The notes under the pieces were generated by a model that had not been told where the DNA came from, made no database searches, and saw only the letters and a program-made list of their open reading frames with translations. Below, piece by piece: positions 47,358 through 59,522 of a stretch of DNA of 64,000 nt; position 1 is the stretch's first letter; every line of letters starts with the position of its first letter. Source of the DNA: Novakomyces olei (lineage: Eukaryota); the NCBI GenBank assembly GCA_016906335.1, contig JADEYG010000001.1, forward strand, positions 310,001 through 374,000, written 5' to 3'. Made by a program: the position numbers and the translations under genes.

Positions 47358-50300
47358 AAGAAAGGCCTGATCTGGGCGTTAATGACACGAGGCTTTCGGA
47401 GGTGATGTCAGTGGTACCCGAACCTGACAGAGGAATACATCTCACAGTTACTGCAAATTTGAGAACTAGCAAGGGCCAGCTGGACGCGAAGGCGCTGATC
47501 GACTCAGGCGCGACGTCGAATTTTATCAGCCAGAGCCTTGCTACGAGAAGCATAATCGATATAACGAAGAAGGCGAAGATTGAGCCACTACGAGTTGTGG
47601 ATGGAAGAGCGATTCGCACCGGAGGTGTTCGCTTCCAGACTGAAAACATGGAGGTCACCATAGGCGAACATCGCGAGACTATGATGTTTAACGTGATACC
47701 GCTCTCTGGACACGACGTTATTTTAGGAAAGCCATGGCTCGACAAACATGAGCCAAGGATTGCATGGAGACGTGCAAAAGTCGAATTCGAGTCTTCCTAT
47801 TGCTTAGCAAACTGCCTCAAGAAGCCCGAGGCACAAGACGAACCATCGCAAATCAGTGCGACGGAATTTGCTAAGCTATCGCGAGGCAACGACTCGGGAT
47901 TGCTGTGCGTATACGCGACCGACGCTAAAAGCGAGGACAAAAACGTCGCTATACCTCCCGAGTATGCAGACTTTCGCGATCTTTTTGAGAAAAGAAATGC
48001 AGACATTCTACCACAGCATCAGGCGTGGGATCACGCAATACCGTTGACAGAAGGCGCGAAGCCGCCGTTCGGGCCTATATATCCTCTGGCCGAACGCGAG
48101 CTACAAACACTACGCGACTACATTAAAGACAATCTAGCGAAGGGATTCATTAGGCCGTCTTCATCGCCCGCGGGGGCTCCAATTCTTTTTGTGAAAAAGA
48201 AGGACGGTTCGCTGAGACTGTGCGTAGATTATCGCGGGCTAAACGCGGTAACTGTCAAAAATCGCTATGCGCTGCCGCTCATATCGGAGCTATTGGATCG
48301 CATTCGTCAGTCGACGATATTTACGCGATTAGATCTCCGTGGCGCGTATAATCTTGTCCGTATACGCGAAGGCGACGAGTGGAAAACCGCCTTCCGTACG
48401 CGTTATGGACATTACGAATATCAGGTTATGCCTTTCGGGCTCACGAACGCCCCGGCATCTTTCCAAGCTCTTGCGAACGACACATTACGCGATTGTCTGG
48501 ATCGCTTTGCTGTTGTATACTTGGACGACATCTTGATCTATTCGGACACCGAGGAGGAGCATGTGACGCATGTTCGCGAAGTACTGAAACGACTTCGCAA
48601 AGCAAACTTATTTGTGAAACTAGAGAAATGCGAGTTCCACACAGACACGACAGAGTTCCTAGGCTTTGTTGTCTCTACGAAAGGAGTGTCTATGGAGAAA
48701 GCGAAAGTTGATTCTATTGAGACATGGCCTGAACCCAAGAACGCGAAAGACGTTATGTCGTTCTTAGGCCTATCAAATTACTATCGCAGATTTATTGCAA
48801 ACTACAGCAAAATTACCATCCCTCTCACCCGCTTACTGAAGAAGGATGCGCAGTTTAATTTCTCCAAGGAGTGCATTGACTCTTTCCAAACTCTGAAGAA
48901 CGCTTTTCTGGGTGCGCCGATCCTTGCGCATTTCGACCCGCAGAAGCCAAGTTATTTGGAAACCGACGCATCGGACTTCGCGATCGGTGGGATTCTCTCG
49001 CAGAAAGACAACAGCGACGAAATGAGACCCATCGCGTTCTACTCGCGAAAAATGACTAGCGCGGAAGTAAACTATGATATCTACGACAAAGAGCTGTTAG
49101 CTATTGTCGCATGTCTTCGCGAATGGCGAGTTTACCTGGAGAGTCCGTTACATCGCACTACAATTTATACGGATCACCGCAATCTCATGTACTTTCTTAC
49201 AGCAAGAGTACTTAGCCGTAGACAGATGCGATGGTCGCAATTGATCGCTTCCTATGATTTCGTTATTGAATACCGTGCTGGAAAGCTAAATCACAAAGCG
49301 GATGCCTTGTCTAGGCGAAGCGATTATGTCGGCGATAAGGAACAGGAGAAACCAGAGCGAACTATGGCACTATTGGACAGATCGCACTTCCTGTTCGCGA
49401 CCGTAGAAGATACAGGCATTGATGATCAGATTAAACAATGTTACGGCAAAGACAAGACTTGCAAGGTTGTCATGGAGGACCTCGGCAAGCAGCCAGTGTC
49501 GGAACATCTGCGAAACTACAGTATAAACGAAAAGGGTCTTCTAACGTTTTCGGGTTTGCTATACATCCCAAACGACAATCGTTTGCGATTAGCTATACTA
49601 CAGACATGCCATGATTCGCATGTCGCGGGTCACCCTGGCCAGGCCAAAACGTTGGACTTAGTCATGCGAAACTACTATTGGCCACGCATGCGAAAAGAGA
49701 TATTTAGCTACGTCGAGTCGTGCGATACTTGTGCGCGAAACAAGCCTTCGCGACATGCACCGTATGGACTACTACACCCACTGAGAGTACCAGCGAGACC
49801 CTGGGAAAGTATCTCAATGGACTTCATTGTGAAATTACCGGAGTCGCGCGATGCGATTACACAAAAAACCTACGACTCCATATGGGTAATCACCTGTCGA
49901 TTTACGAAAATCGGAATATTTATACCAATACGCGAATCTATTAAGGCTACTGAGCTAGCTTTGATTTACGCCCATCGCGTATTTGCCAACTATGGCCTAC
50001 CAGACGAAATAGTCTCTGACAGGGGTTCGGTATTTGTATCGCAGTTTACACGACACTTGCTTTCGCAATGCGATATACAGCAGAAGTTGTCTACCGCGTA
50101 CCACCCACAGAGCGACGGCCAAACAGAGAGGCTTAACCAGATCTTAGAGCAATATCTGAGGATCTACAGCAACTATCAGCAAAGCAATTGGGTCAATTTG
50201 TTACCTTTTGCTCAATTCGCGTACAACAATTCAGAGCAGTCGTCTACAAAGACAACACCGTTTTACGCTTTTTACGGCTACAACCCGAAATGTCGCTTTA

Positions 50301-50885
50301 CGATTTCATCTTCGCGACAATGCCCATCCGCGGATGAACGTATCGAATACCTACGGAATCTACATCGCTTATTGAAAGTCGAAATCGAAAAGTCTCTCAG
50401 CGACCAGGCGCGCTTTGCAAATGAGCATCGCGTCGACAAAAGTTTTGCTATTGGCGATCAAGTCTGGCTAGTGCGAAAAAAATATTAGCACTACGCGGCC
50501 ATGCGATAAGCTGGATGCCAAGAAGCTGGGACCGTTTAGGATTATCGCACGCGTTGGTTTGCGTGCATATCGCTTGGAACTATCGAAGGCAATGCGTATA
50601 CATCCTGTCTTCCACGCTTCATTGCTAGAGCGACATAACGCAGTGTCGCAGATCGCGCGAGAACAGATCGCGCCACCACCTCCAGTTATATTGGATGCTA
50701 ACCCGGAATGGGAAGTCGAGCAAGTTCTAGACTCGCGCATCCGACGCAAGCAACTTCAATATTATGTGCATTGGAAAGGCTACGACGCCTCCGACCGCAC
50801 GTGGGAGCCTGCGAAACATTTACACAACTGCATGGATTTGGTAAACGAATTCCACCGTGCACACCCGAACAAACCTGGTTCTTAA
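47333..50885 (+). CDS. pol: Pol of element B (PR-RT-RH-IN-chromodomain) with one extra base in the A-run at 50476-50482
   Basis: LIDSGA, YLDD, ETDASD, HHCC, DDE; the frame stops at 50488 and the GPF motif and chromodomain continue in the next frame to 50885. Confidence 0.92.
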
Positions 50886-51112
50886 ATGGGAATGCTAAGC
50901 GAGCTCCCTATTCGGGCGACGACCTTCAACTTTCGTCACCCACGCGAAACTAAGACTCAACTCTTAAAGTGATTTATTGATTTATTGATTATACCGCGAT
51001 TATTATTGTTTAAATTATTACGAGAAAATTATACAAAAACATATTCAATTACTTGTCGAACAAATAATATGGGACAACGCAAGGAGGAATGGCTGTTGAG
51101 TCACGCACACAA

Positions 51113-51568
51113 TTACGGACGAGCGGCACGGAGCGAAAGAATCTCGCGCTCCAACGCACGGTTGCGGCGCTCGAGGCGAGCGATAGTCGCATCGCGCTGG
51201 GCCAGCGCACTCGAAACCGAACCGACGATCGAATTTGTTGACGGAGGACCGTCATCGGCAATTACATGCACCTCGAATGGTGCCTGACGTCTTTCCTCCT
51301 GCGCTCGCTGTCGCGCGCGACGTCTTTCGCGGCGACGCTGCAGCTCCCCGCGCTCTCTCACACGCTGTTCTTCACGCGCGGCAACAAGGCGCTCGTTCTC
51401 CTCATTGTCATGAAGAAAACGGCCTCCTTCGCAACGGGTGCGACGTGCCGCGCAGACCATACAGCGACGCACAAACGGTGCAGTGCCGAGAACGAAGCGG
51501 CACGGCAAAGAGTTTGCCACGCAATACTCGCAGGGCACGATAGCATCTCTGACATGAACAAGCGACAT
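51113..51568 (-). CDS. Antisense accessory ORF of element B: Zn(II)2Cys6-like cluster + Arg/Glu-rich helix + coiled coil
   Basis: MSL start as in the element C homologue; CEYCVANSLPC...CMVCAARRTRC with identical Cys spacing; RDATIARLERRNRALEREILSLR; TATATAA on the minus strand at ~51662-51668. Confidence 0.8.
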   Translation of the reverse strand: MSLVHVRDAIVPCEYCVANSLPCRFVLGTAPFVRRCMVCAARRTRCEGGRFLHDNEENERLVAAREEQRVRERGELQRRRERRRARQRAQEERRQAPFEVHVIADDGPPSTNSIVGSVSSALAQRDATIARLERRNRALEREILSLRAARP

Positions 51569-52437
51569 GTTGTTGTTGATCCGGAACGCAGAGCGAAAAT
51601 TCTTGTTTTGCATCCGCAAATTACTTTATATTACTTAGATAGTTTATTGCCGAAAGCGCACTTATATAGCAGTCTAGTAGCTAACGTGGTTTTCATAGGC
51701 GCGGAGACCTCGCCCTAGAAAGGGGGGATAGTGTCATGATCCCCGCCTCGCGTGAACCACGACAGCGAACGACGCCTGAAGTCCTGTAGCGCCAAAGGCG
51801 ATGACTTCAGGCTAGATAGATCTAAATAGCTCGCGCGAGGTAATGTTGGACATTACTCGCGCGAAGCGCGTAAGTGGCCTAGCTCGCGAGCAGGTTGGAC
51901 CTGGCTCGCGCGAAGCAGGTCCACGTCCATGCCCGCGCGACGTAGGCACGTCGCGGCGCATGACAGTAGTAGTAGCGATCGCGCATCGCTACGAAGCTAG
52001 ATAGATCGATCCATAGAGTTCATAGCTCGCCACCGCTTTCCCAATGCGGATGGTCTGGGACCATCGCATTGAGATCGTGGTGGGATGAGGCTTAGGCCGC
52101 GAAGTGGCTAAGCGAGCCGCTAAGCCTCATAGGATAGTCTACATAGTCGCCCATGGAGAGAACTCTCTCCACGGGCTTATAATCTCAAAGTTGCTACATA
52201 ACCTTGTAGCAGGTAAGCTTTAGAGAAGCGCCGTCGCCTTTTCAAGGACAACGTCCTTTTCCTTTTCCTTAGTTCTTGCGCCGGGCGCAAGTCTACGTTC
52301 CCGTTTCTCGGTACTCGCTTCGCGCGGTACCCGATTGAACTTCCTTTGTCGAGCGGTCTCGCAAAGGACAGTCCGTGTTCGCCTGTAGCGACACGCGAGT
52401 TTACACCGCGGTGCTCCCCTCTAAGGGCCACCTTACA

Positions 52438-53748
52438 GTCGGTATGGAATTCGCATTTCTCCAATTTGACAAATAAATTTGCCTTGCGAAGTCTCTCCAA
52501 TACTCCGCGCACGTGCTCCACGTGTTCTTCCTCTGTATTCGAGTAAATCAGTATATCGTCCAAGTAAACGACAACGTATCGATCAAGGCAATCTCGCAAA
52601 GTATCATTGGCGAGTGCTTGAAACGAAGCCGGGGCATTCGTAAGCCCAAACGGCATGACTTGGTACTCGTAGTGGCCGTACCTTGTACGAAAGGCCGTTT
52701 TCCATTCGTCGCCTTTTCGTATCCTAACCAAATTATATGCACCGCGAAGATCCAATCGCGTAAAAATAGTTGCTTGGCGAATGCGATCTAGAAGTTCCGA
52801 GATAAGCGGTAATGCATATCTGTTTTTGACAGTGATCGCGTTCAGACCGCGGTAATCGACGCATAATCTGAGCGATCCATCTTTCTTTTTGACAAATAAG
52901 ATCGGCGCCCCCGCGGGCGACGACGACGGTCGTATAAAACCTTTAGCGAGGTTTTCCTTGATATAATCTCTCAGCGTTTGCAATTCGCGTTCGGCGAGCG
53001 GGTAGATCGGGCCAAAAGGCGGCTTCGCATTTTCGACCAAGGGTATCGCATGATCCCAAGGTTGATGTTTCGGCAAAACGTCCGCGTTCTTCTTCTCAAA
53101 TAGGTCGCGATATCCCTCGTAGAATCCAGGCAATGTAACGCGAGGCTTGATATCTTGCTCGTCCATAGCGTACACACATAAAATACCTGATTCTCCAGAA
53201 CGGGCCAATCTTGCAAATTCGGTTGCGCTGACTTGCATGGATTCGGATAATGTACTGCACTTCAAACAGTTCGCCAAACAGTAGTTCGACTTGAACTCGA
53301 CGTTTGCGCGACTCCATCCGATCGTAGGCTCATGCTTGTCCAACCATGGCTTGCCCAAGATAGCATCGTATCCACGAAGAGGTATGACATTGAAGGTCAT
53401 CCTTTCTCGATGTTCGCCAATTGATATATCCATCTCGCTGGTGTGAAAGCGAATACCTCCTGACTTGATTGTCCTTCCATCAACGACTCTGATGGGCTCG
53501 GTCTCGCTCTTCTCCGTAAGCTTAATAAAAGCATGCGATGCGAGCTTCTCGCTGATAAAATTAGAGGTAGCTCCTGAGTCAATCAGGGCTCTCGCGTTCA
53601 ACTCTCCATCCTCTGTCTTGACTTTCACGACGACAGTCAGATGCTTTGCTTTGTCCGGTTCCGTAAAAACTGTCATAACTTCTGGTGGCCTAAATAGTTG
53701 TTTGCCCAGATCAGGCCTTTTCATTGGACCTGGGCGTTCGCTTTTCCC
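52438..53748 (-). CDS. pol: Pol of element C, 5' part (protease and RT)
   Basis: [37 protein letters not shown] slippery site at 53748-53742. Confidence 0.93.
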
Positions 53749-54653
53749 AAATCGGAAAATTCGTGCGTGAATGCAGCGACGTGTTGCTGATTGTACGTCT
53801 TCTTCTTCTGCTTGCATTCTCTTGCTCGATGACCCACGCGTCCACAGTTAAAGCATTTGATGTTGCTTTTGCGATGGTTGTCATCTTCCTTTTCTAAACT
53901 AATCGCGTCCACATCCATAGGAGTAAAACTTGTACTCGCGTTTGCAGCCGGGCGGTTGTTGGAATATTTCACGGAACCGCGGCTTGCACTCTCGATGTGC
54001 CTGTCGGATATTCTTCCATCCACGCGAACTGATATCTCAATCATTTCATTCAAAGTGCGGGGTCTGTCCATCCTGGAAAGCTCATCCTTGATGCGATCCT
54101 TCAGCCCCTGATAATACATAAACGTCAGCGCACTGTCATTGAAATCCAAATACGAAGCAATTCTTTGAAAAATGCTCGCATAAGATGCTGCTGATCCACG
54201 TTGTCTCAAGGCGGCTAACTCTCTTTGCGCCTGACTCACCCTGTCGACCTTGCCGAAATTCGCGGCCAACGCTTCGCAAAAGGCTTCAAAAGTAGGTACT
54301 ACCGAAGCGAAGTCGTTGTTGCGAAGGTGTGGTTCGAACCACGCAAATGCGGCGTCCCGCAAATACGAAGCTGCGAACAAAACCTTCGAACGCTCGTCGC
54401 GAAACTCGTGCGGTTTCAACATGATGTAAAGGCGAAGCTGCGCCAAAAAATTCTCGACCATTTTGCGGTCCCCACGAAACGCGTCGGGCTTCATCACCGC
54501 TGGTCCGTCACTCGTCGGGGCTCTCTTAGCTCGCGAACCGATCTCCTGGGTCAGATGCGCAATGTGCGATCGCCCTTTCTCGTTCTCTGCCTTCAACTCG
54601 GCAATCTGAGTTTGCAGGGATTGCAAAAAGGTGTTAAGCTCCTCTTGCGACAT
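53721..54653 (-). CDS. gag: Gag of element C
   Basis: Clearly homologous to element B gag; [14 protein letters not shown] knuckle. Confidence 0.93.
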   Translation of the reverse strand: MSQEELNTFLQSLQTQIAELKAENEKGRSHIAHLTQEIGSRAKRAPTSDGPAVMKPDAFRGDRKMVENFLAQLRLYIMLKPHEFRDERSKVLFAASYLRDAAFAWFEPHLRNNDFASVVPTFEAFCEALAANFGKVDRVSQAQRELAALRQRGSAASYASIFQRIASYLDFNDSALTFMYYQGLKDRIKDELSRMDRPRTLNEMIEISVRVDGRISDRHIESASRGSVKYSNNRPAANASTSFTPMDVDAISLEKEDDNHRKSNIKCFNCGRVGHRARECKQKKKTYNQQHVAAFTHEFSDLGKANAQVQ

Positions 54654-56401
54654 CTTGTCCCTCGTACCGCAAATATCGTAATCGTAATCGTTCTTCCAGA
54701 ACCGTTCTTCGTAAATTGTTCACTCAATCGTCGACTATCCAAGCCGATACTCAATAACTCAAAATAACTGTGTTTCACCGGAACACTCGATAACTCAAAA
54801 TTCTCAAACTCGAATCCACGTCGTTCACTCGACGCTTTAACCGTTTTAACTTCCGTAAAAATCCGTAAAAATAAGTACCGAACCGCGTCTTTGACTCGAC
54901 GTCCGAAACTCTCTCGAATCCGAAGGAAATAAAACACAAACAATTCCAAAAAACTTCAAACTTCAACGACCGGGACGGGTTGATTATAGTGTAAGACGGT
55001 CCTTACAGCTACAATCGCTGGAGGCCGGCCGTGTATAGTTTAAATAAAGTAAAGGAATAAGAAAGACCAGGAAAGCAGAAAGCGATTACTGTAAAGCTTA
55101 CCAGGAGTAATATAATATATTACTCCCACTTTGAGATAATCAACCCGTGAAGGGCGAGAGGCCTTCACGGGCAACTATAAACTAAACTAAGTTGCGGAGG
55201 AGCGGATGCTCCTTCGCATTCTAAACTACTCTTCCCAAGCTAACTTATGCGAAGGTCGCACAAGTTAGAGAGGGAAGCTCTCAGCCTAAACTAATCTATG
55301 AAATAACTATGAATGTTCTCGCGCTAGCGGAGTGCGAAGGGTCGCACTCGCTAGCGTGCGAGAATGAGAACGGGAAGCGAGGTCCGTGCACATTGTGCAT
55401 GGAGCCCCTCGCTCCCGTGGGCCAAGCTGGCTTAGTGCGCGTACCTACATGCGCACTAAGACAACTTCTACGTCCCAAGACCATCGCATTACGCGCCGAC
55501 TGGTCTTGGGCCGCGTTGGCGAAGCTTGCGACGCGCGGACATCCCAAGTCCGACTACAGGCGTCGCCCCTCGCTTCCCAACGCGGTTGTCAGGGACTCGC
55601 CAAGGCGAGGATCATGACACCGCTAGCACGAGAACAATTCATAGTATTTCATAGATTAGTTTAGGTTGAAAGCTTCCCTCTCTAACTTGTGCGAAGGTCG
55701 CACAAGTTAGCTTGGGAAGAGTAGTTTAGAGTGCGAAGGAGCATCCGCTCCTCCGTAGCTTAGTTTAGTTTATAGTTGCCCGTGAAGGCCTCTCGTCCTT
55801 CACGGGTTGATTATCTCAAAGTGGGAGTAATATATTATATTACTCCTGGTAAGCTTTACAGTAATCGCTTTCTGCTCTCTTGGTTTTCTTTATTCCTTTA
55901 CTTCAATTTGAACTATACACGGCCGGCCTCCAGCGGTTGTAGCTGTAAGGACCGTCTTACAATTGGGAACAGGAAGCTTAATCAGCATTTCGTTATTAAG
56001 AGAGTTCATTATTTAAATCTTTGATTCTTTCTCTGAGGGCTCCATGCTCATAAACTGTTGGATCTTTGAACAGGGAGAGAATAAAGTGAATTAGCTTACC
56101 CAAGGTTGAAGATTCTATGGACTTGTATTTATATAAAATGAATAGATGGTTAAACCATTAAAGAGAGAATTAGTTTAACATAAATGGGATCTTCGATTAA
56201 AATCTGAAGTAGTTCAACAAGTTATATAGAGTCCAGAGTCCACTTCTCGACATTATTAAAAGCCGCTTGCTGTTGGGTACATAAGCTTACTTGACAACAC
56301 GTAGGATAGACTTGAAGAGTCTGTTCGTTGACATTTTAAGGATACAATCTTAAGTAAAGCAGAGCAGCACCCCGCGAAGATCACGGACCTGAGCCAATAA
56401 C

Positions 56402-58045
56402 ATGGAACAGCACGTGGATAAAGTGCCGCAGAACGAGCTAGGAATTCTCGACAAACTTATATCTCTGCGGCAGCGTCTTACTATTTTGAAGCTTGACCGG
56501 ACGCAGTAAGTGCAAAGTGGGAAAAAGTGGACGCCGCGGCTGAAGTTGAGAGGGGAAAAGAGAAGCAAGGGGAAATCCTTTATCCCAGCAACAGAACATA
56601 ACCCATCTTTTCAAGCCATGCCACTTATTCTCTGATAATTATCAAGTTAGCTCACATTTATACAGGTATATAAAGTCTTCGGATGTTTTAAAGATCTACG
56701 ATGATCTAGTGGGACAAGGTACGAAGAGATTTGAAGGCAAAAAGAAAAGAAAGAAAAGCGAAAGAGATATATACCGAGCTCAATAATAACTTTGCAGTGT
56801 CAAAATTGAATGAGATTCGGCAGCAGACGCATTCTCACAGGGAAGAAAATAGGGTGGATGTTGTACTGGACGATATTTTTCAGTTGATCTCATTATTCTT
56901 TCTCGCTATCGGCCGGAACACTTCGCCACCGGCTTGCTATATACAAATTACGACGGTCAAAAGGCTTCTTGATCATCTTAATGAATCAGGGGTATTTACC
57001 GAGAGCGATCTGAAAACGATCCGTCATCGCTTGGACGAAATGACAAAAATAATCAAGCAAGAGCAGGAAACTTTACCGCCGGCGCTTTCCACATTGTTTT
57101 TAGCAAAATTGGAAACGTGTGAAGTGGCATTTCGTCTTTCGGAGGAAAAACTATCTCACTTGTCCCCTCAATTAATGCCGATTCAACAACGACTGGTGTC
57201 GATAAAACGGCATTTAGCTGGACTCGCATCGAAAACAAATTTCCGACCGGAATGCTCTGAACAACTTGAGCAATTGAAGGCTGAGCTAAAAAAGATAGAG
57301 TCATTACGATCAGACGAAGGTTTATTTGTGGACAAGAATGGCAAAGCTTTAGTGGGCCAGGAAATATGCAACGGCCTGCTAACAGAGGCGTATGATTTTG
57401 CTCAAGAGCTCACTGTGCAAAAGGGAGTGAGTTCTGCCATTTTGAACGATCCGGCTTTGCGCAGTATATATGACAGGCTCTTCGAACTCAAGTCCCAGCT
57501 TGAGCGGCTAACGCTTACTCATCGATGGACGCTACGTGAAACCGATCTGTACACTTATCAAACTAGGCTGGCGGAAATTGATGCAATTAGGGTTAACGGA
57601 AAGTTTTTGGACTCAAACGGAAATGCTTCAAAGGATCAAAAAGTAATATTAATTGTTCTGTGTTTTGTGCTAACGTGTTCAAAGGTTTTGCTTTATATGC
57701 TGCGGCGCTGTTATGCGTATATTTACCAGCTTTTGTCGGCAAGTGAGCCTGTATCCGAAGGTAAGGGTAATTTTTATAATCGTACTAATTCCAGCTTTAA
57801 CGCCTATTCATAATCAATTGAAAACCGTGAGGCGCTGTCTCATCGAGGTTCGAAACAGCGGTGGCCCATTTAACGCTCGTGAGCTTTATCCGTATCAGAT
57901 GAAGCTAGCTAGTATCGATAATTTGCGTGTGGACGGAAAGTTCCTGGCTGATAATGAAGTAATTCCCGAAGGCCAAGGAGCTGTACACGCGCTTCTTGAG
58001 GAATGCTACGATCTAGTGGCCGAATTGCAGGCGGAATGTGAATAA
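56402..58045 (+). CDS. Conserved fungal UPF0662/DUF2408-like protein (YPL260W-like); four predicted introns (~56506-56665, ~56719-56797, ~57644-57684, ~57761-57794)
   Basis: NRVDVVLDDIFQLISLFFL, LTLTHRWTLRETDLY, repeated RV(N/D)GKF motifs, ELYPYQMKLASID, PEGQG; GT-AG introns with CTAAC/CTAAT branch sites. Confidence 0.8.
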
Positions 58046-59106
58046 GCTGTTTTATTTAGGCATGCAACCTTTTTTTTTTTTTTTTTTGGCACTGGTTATG
58101 CCGGTTGGTTCTTTATAAATATTTGTATTAATCCGAGTTTTGTTGTTTTGTAATGGTGTTGGCTTACCTTGTGTAATTATATTCGTAGTTTTTGACTGTC
58201 TTGAATAAAGGATATGAGTGCGTGCGCTTGGGCAGTCTGTGGTGCACTGTTTCTATTCCCGCGTCTTCTGTAATAATTTGCGGGAGAGGTAGATTTAAAA
58301 ACTACGTTGAGGCGAAGCAACCTCAATTGCGCACAGCTTGTCTAATCGAGAGATACGTCTGTAAGGAATTATGGGTAATATGTGTACAATATATATATAC
58401 AAAGATTATTAATAAGATCTGTTCAACATGAATATGCCACAGTTTATGCGCTGTTCATGACGATCTAACCAGGATCCAGGCCAAGTGATATATGTACGGA
58501 ATTAGTTCAAATATTATTGTAAAATACAATTCTAATATACTAATATTCATCGCACAATGTGGGGCATTGGCATAAACACAATTTGTTTCAGCAAGAAGAA
58601 GCAACAAAATTATTCTACAGGTATGAATGAACAGAACGGGTTAATGACGGATTAATACATAATTTCCCTCACACAAAGACGTTCACTCAGACTTATTGCC
58701 AGTACACAGGCCAAGGGTGTAGAATAATTGCCTATTAGCAATTGCTCACTTATTGACACATCTCAGCAAGCGGCCTTTAACTTTTAGAGTGCCCGACTGC
58801 ATGTAATGATGCTGCACACGTGTAGAGCAAAATTATGTAATCAACAAGCAGATACTATGTAATGCCATCGATCGTGTATGGGACGTATGGGACCCCCATT
58901 CACCACTTTCTCAGTAACAACTAAACGCGGGGGCGTGCGTTTATTGTCGCAATATGGTTGGCTGGCGAGCTACGTGCTATAAAGCAACAATAATAAACCC
59001 GTTCAATCATATTCTGTGGACTGTTCCATATATTAATCCTACCACTCTCAAACTACGTCTCTCGTACTCTCTATAACAATTAATTGACGGCACTACGAAC
59101 GAACGG

Positions 59107-59522
59107 GTAAGCCAGTAACCTTATGAACTCCATGTCCGTTACGAGGAGACGTATGCCAATTTGGCTTTTTCTGCCCCTTTCCCCAGCTTATCATTATTCT
59201 TCTAGCACCCTTCTTTCAATCTATTTTAATGGTTGTTTAGTGATGTATGTGAATCTGGTTATAATGTTTTATGCACCCGATTCAACTGACTACAAAATTT
59301 TGCAACAGAATACGTGACAATGAAACATACAGTTTTGCACGTTGATATTTGCACGTTGATATTTCCCCACTGTCTCATCTGCCTTATCTCGACTTTTCTT
59401 GCTTTTGTCTTTTTTCCAATCTCTCACGCTGCACTCTACGTAACGGACTTGTGAATCGAATCAGAAAACCCTAACTTTACGGGTATTGGGTAACCGATGA
59501 GTTTGCTAACCTTTTGTTGCAG
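59107..59522 (+). other. Probable 5' UTR intron of the porin gene
   Basis: GTAAGC donor, GCTAAC branch point and TTGTTGCAG acceptor ending 41 nt before the ATG; TATAAA at ~58978. Confidence 0.6.

Larger units (their letters stand above)
45534..52437 (+). mobile_element. Full-length Ty3/Gypsy chromovirus, element B (6904 bp), inserted in the RT of element C
   Basis: 706-bp LTRs at 45534-46239 and 51732-52437 that look identical; TSD GTCGG; PPT AGAAAGGGGGGATAG ending at 51731. Confidence 0.96.
41755..55619 (-). mobile_element. Full-length Ty3/Gypsy chromovirus, element C, interrupted by element B
   Basis: 630-bp LTRs at 54990-55619 (5') and 41755-42384 (3') that look identical; TSD CCGCT; PPT at ~42385-42400 (AGGGAGGGGGGGATAC on the minus strand). 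Confidence 0.95.
41461..55961 (+). mobile_element. Older solo LTR of family C (41461-41754 + 55620-55961) split by element C
   Basis: The two halves join into one family C LTR; near-TSD ATTGA/ATTGG. Confidence 0.85.
18300..56000. mobile_element. ~38 kb island of nested Ty3/Gypsy and Ty1/Copia LTR retrotransposons and solo LTRs
   Basis: No host genes between ALA1 and the gene at 56402; continuous LTRs, TSDs and gag/pol sequences. Boundaries approximate. Confidence 0.9.
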
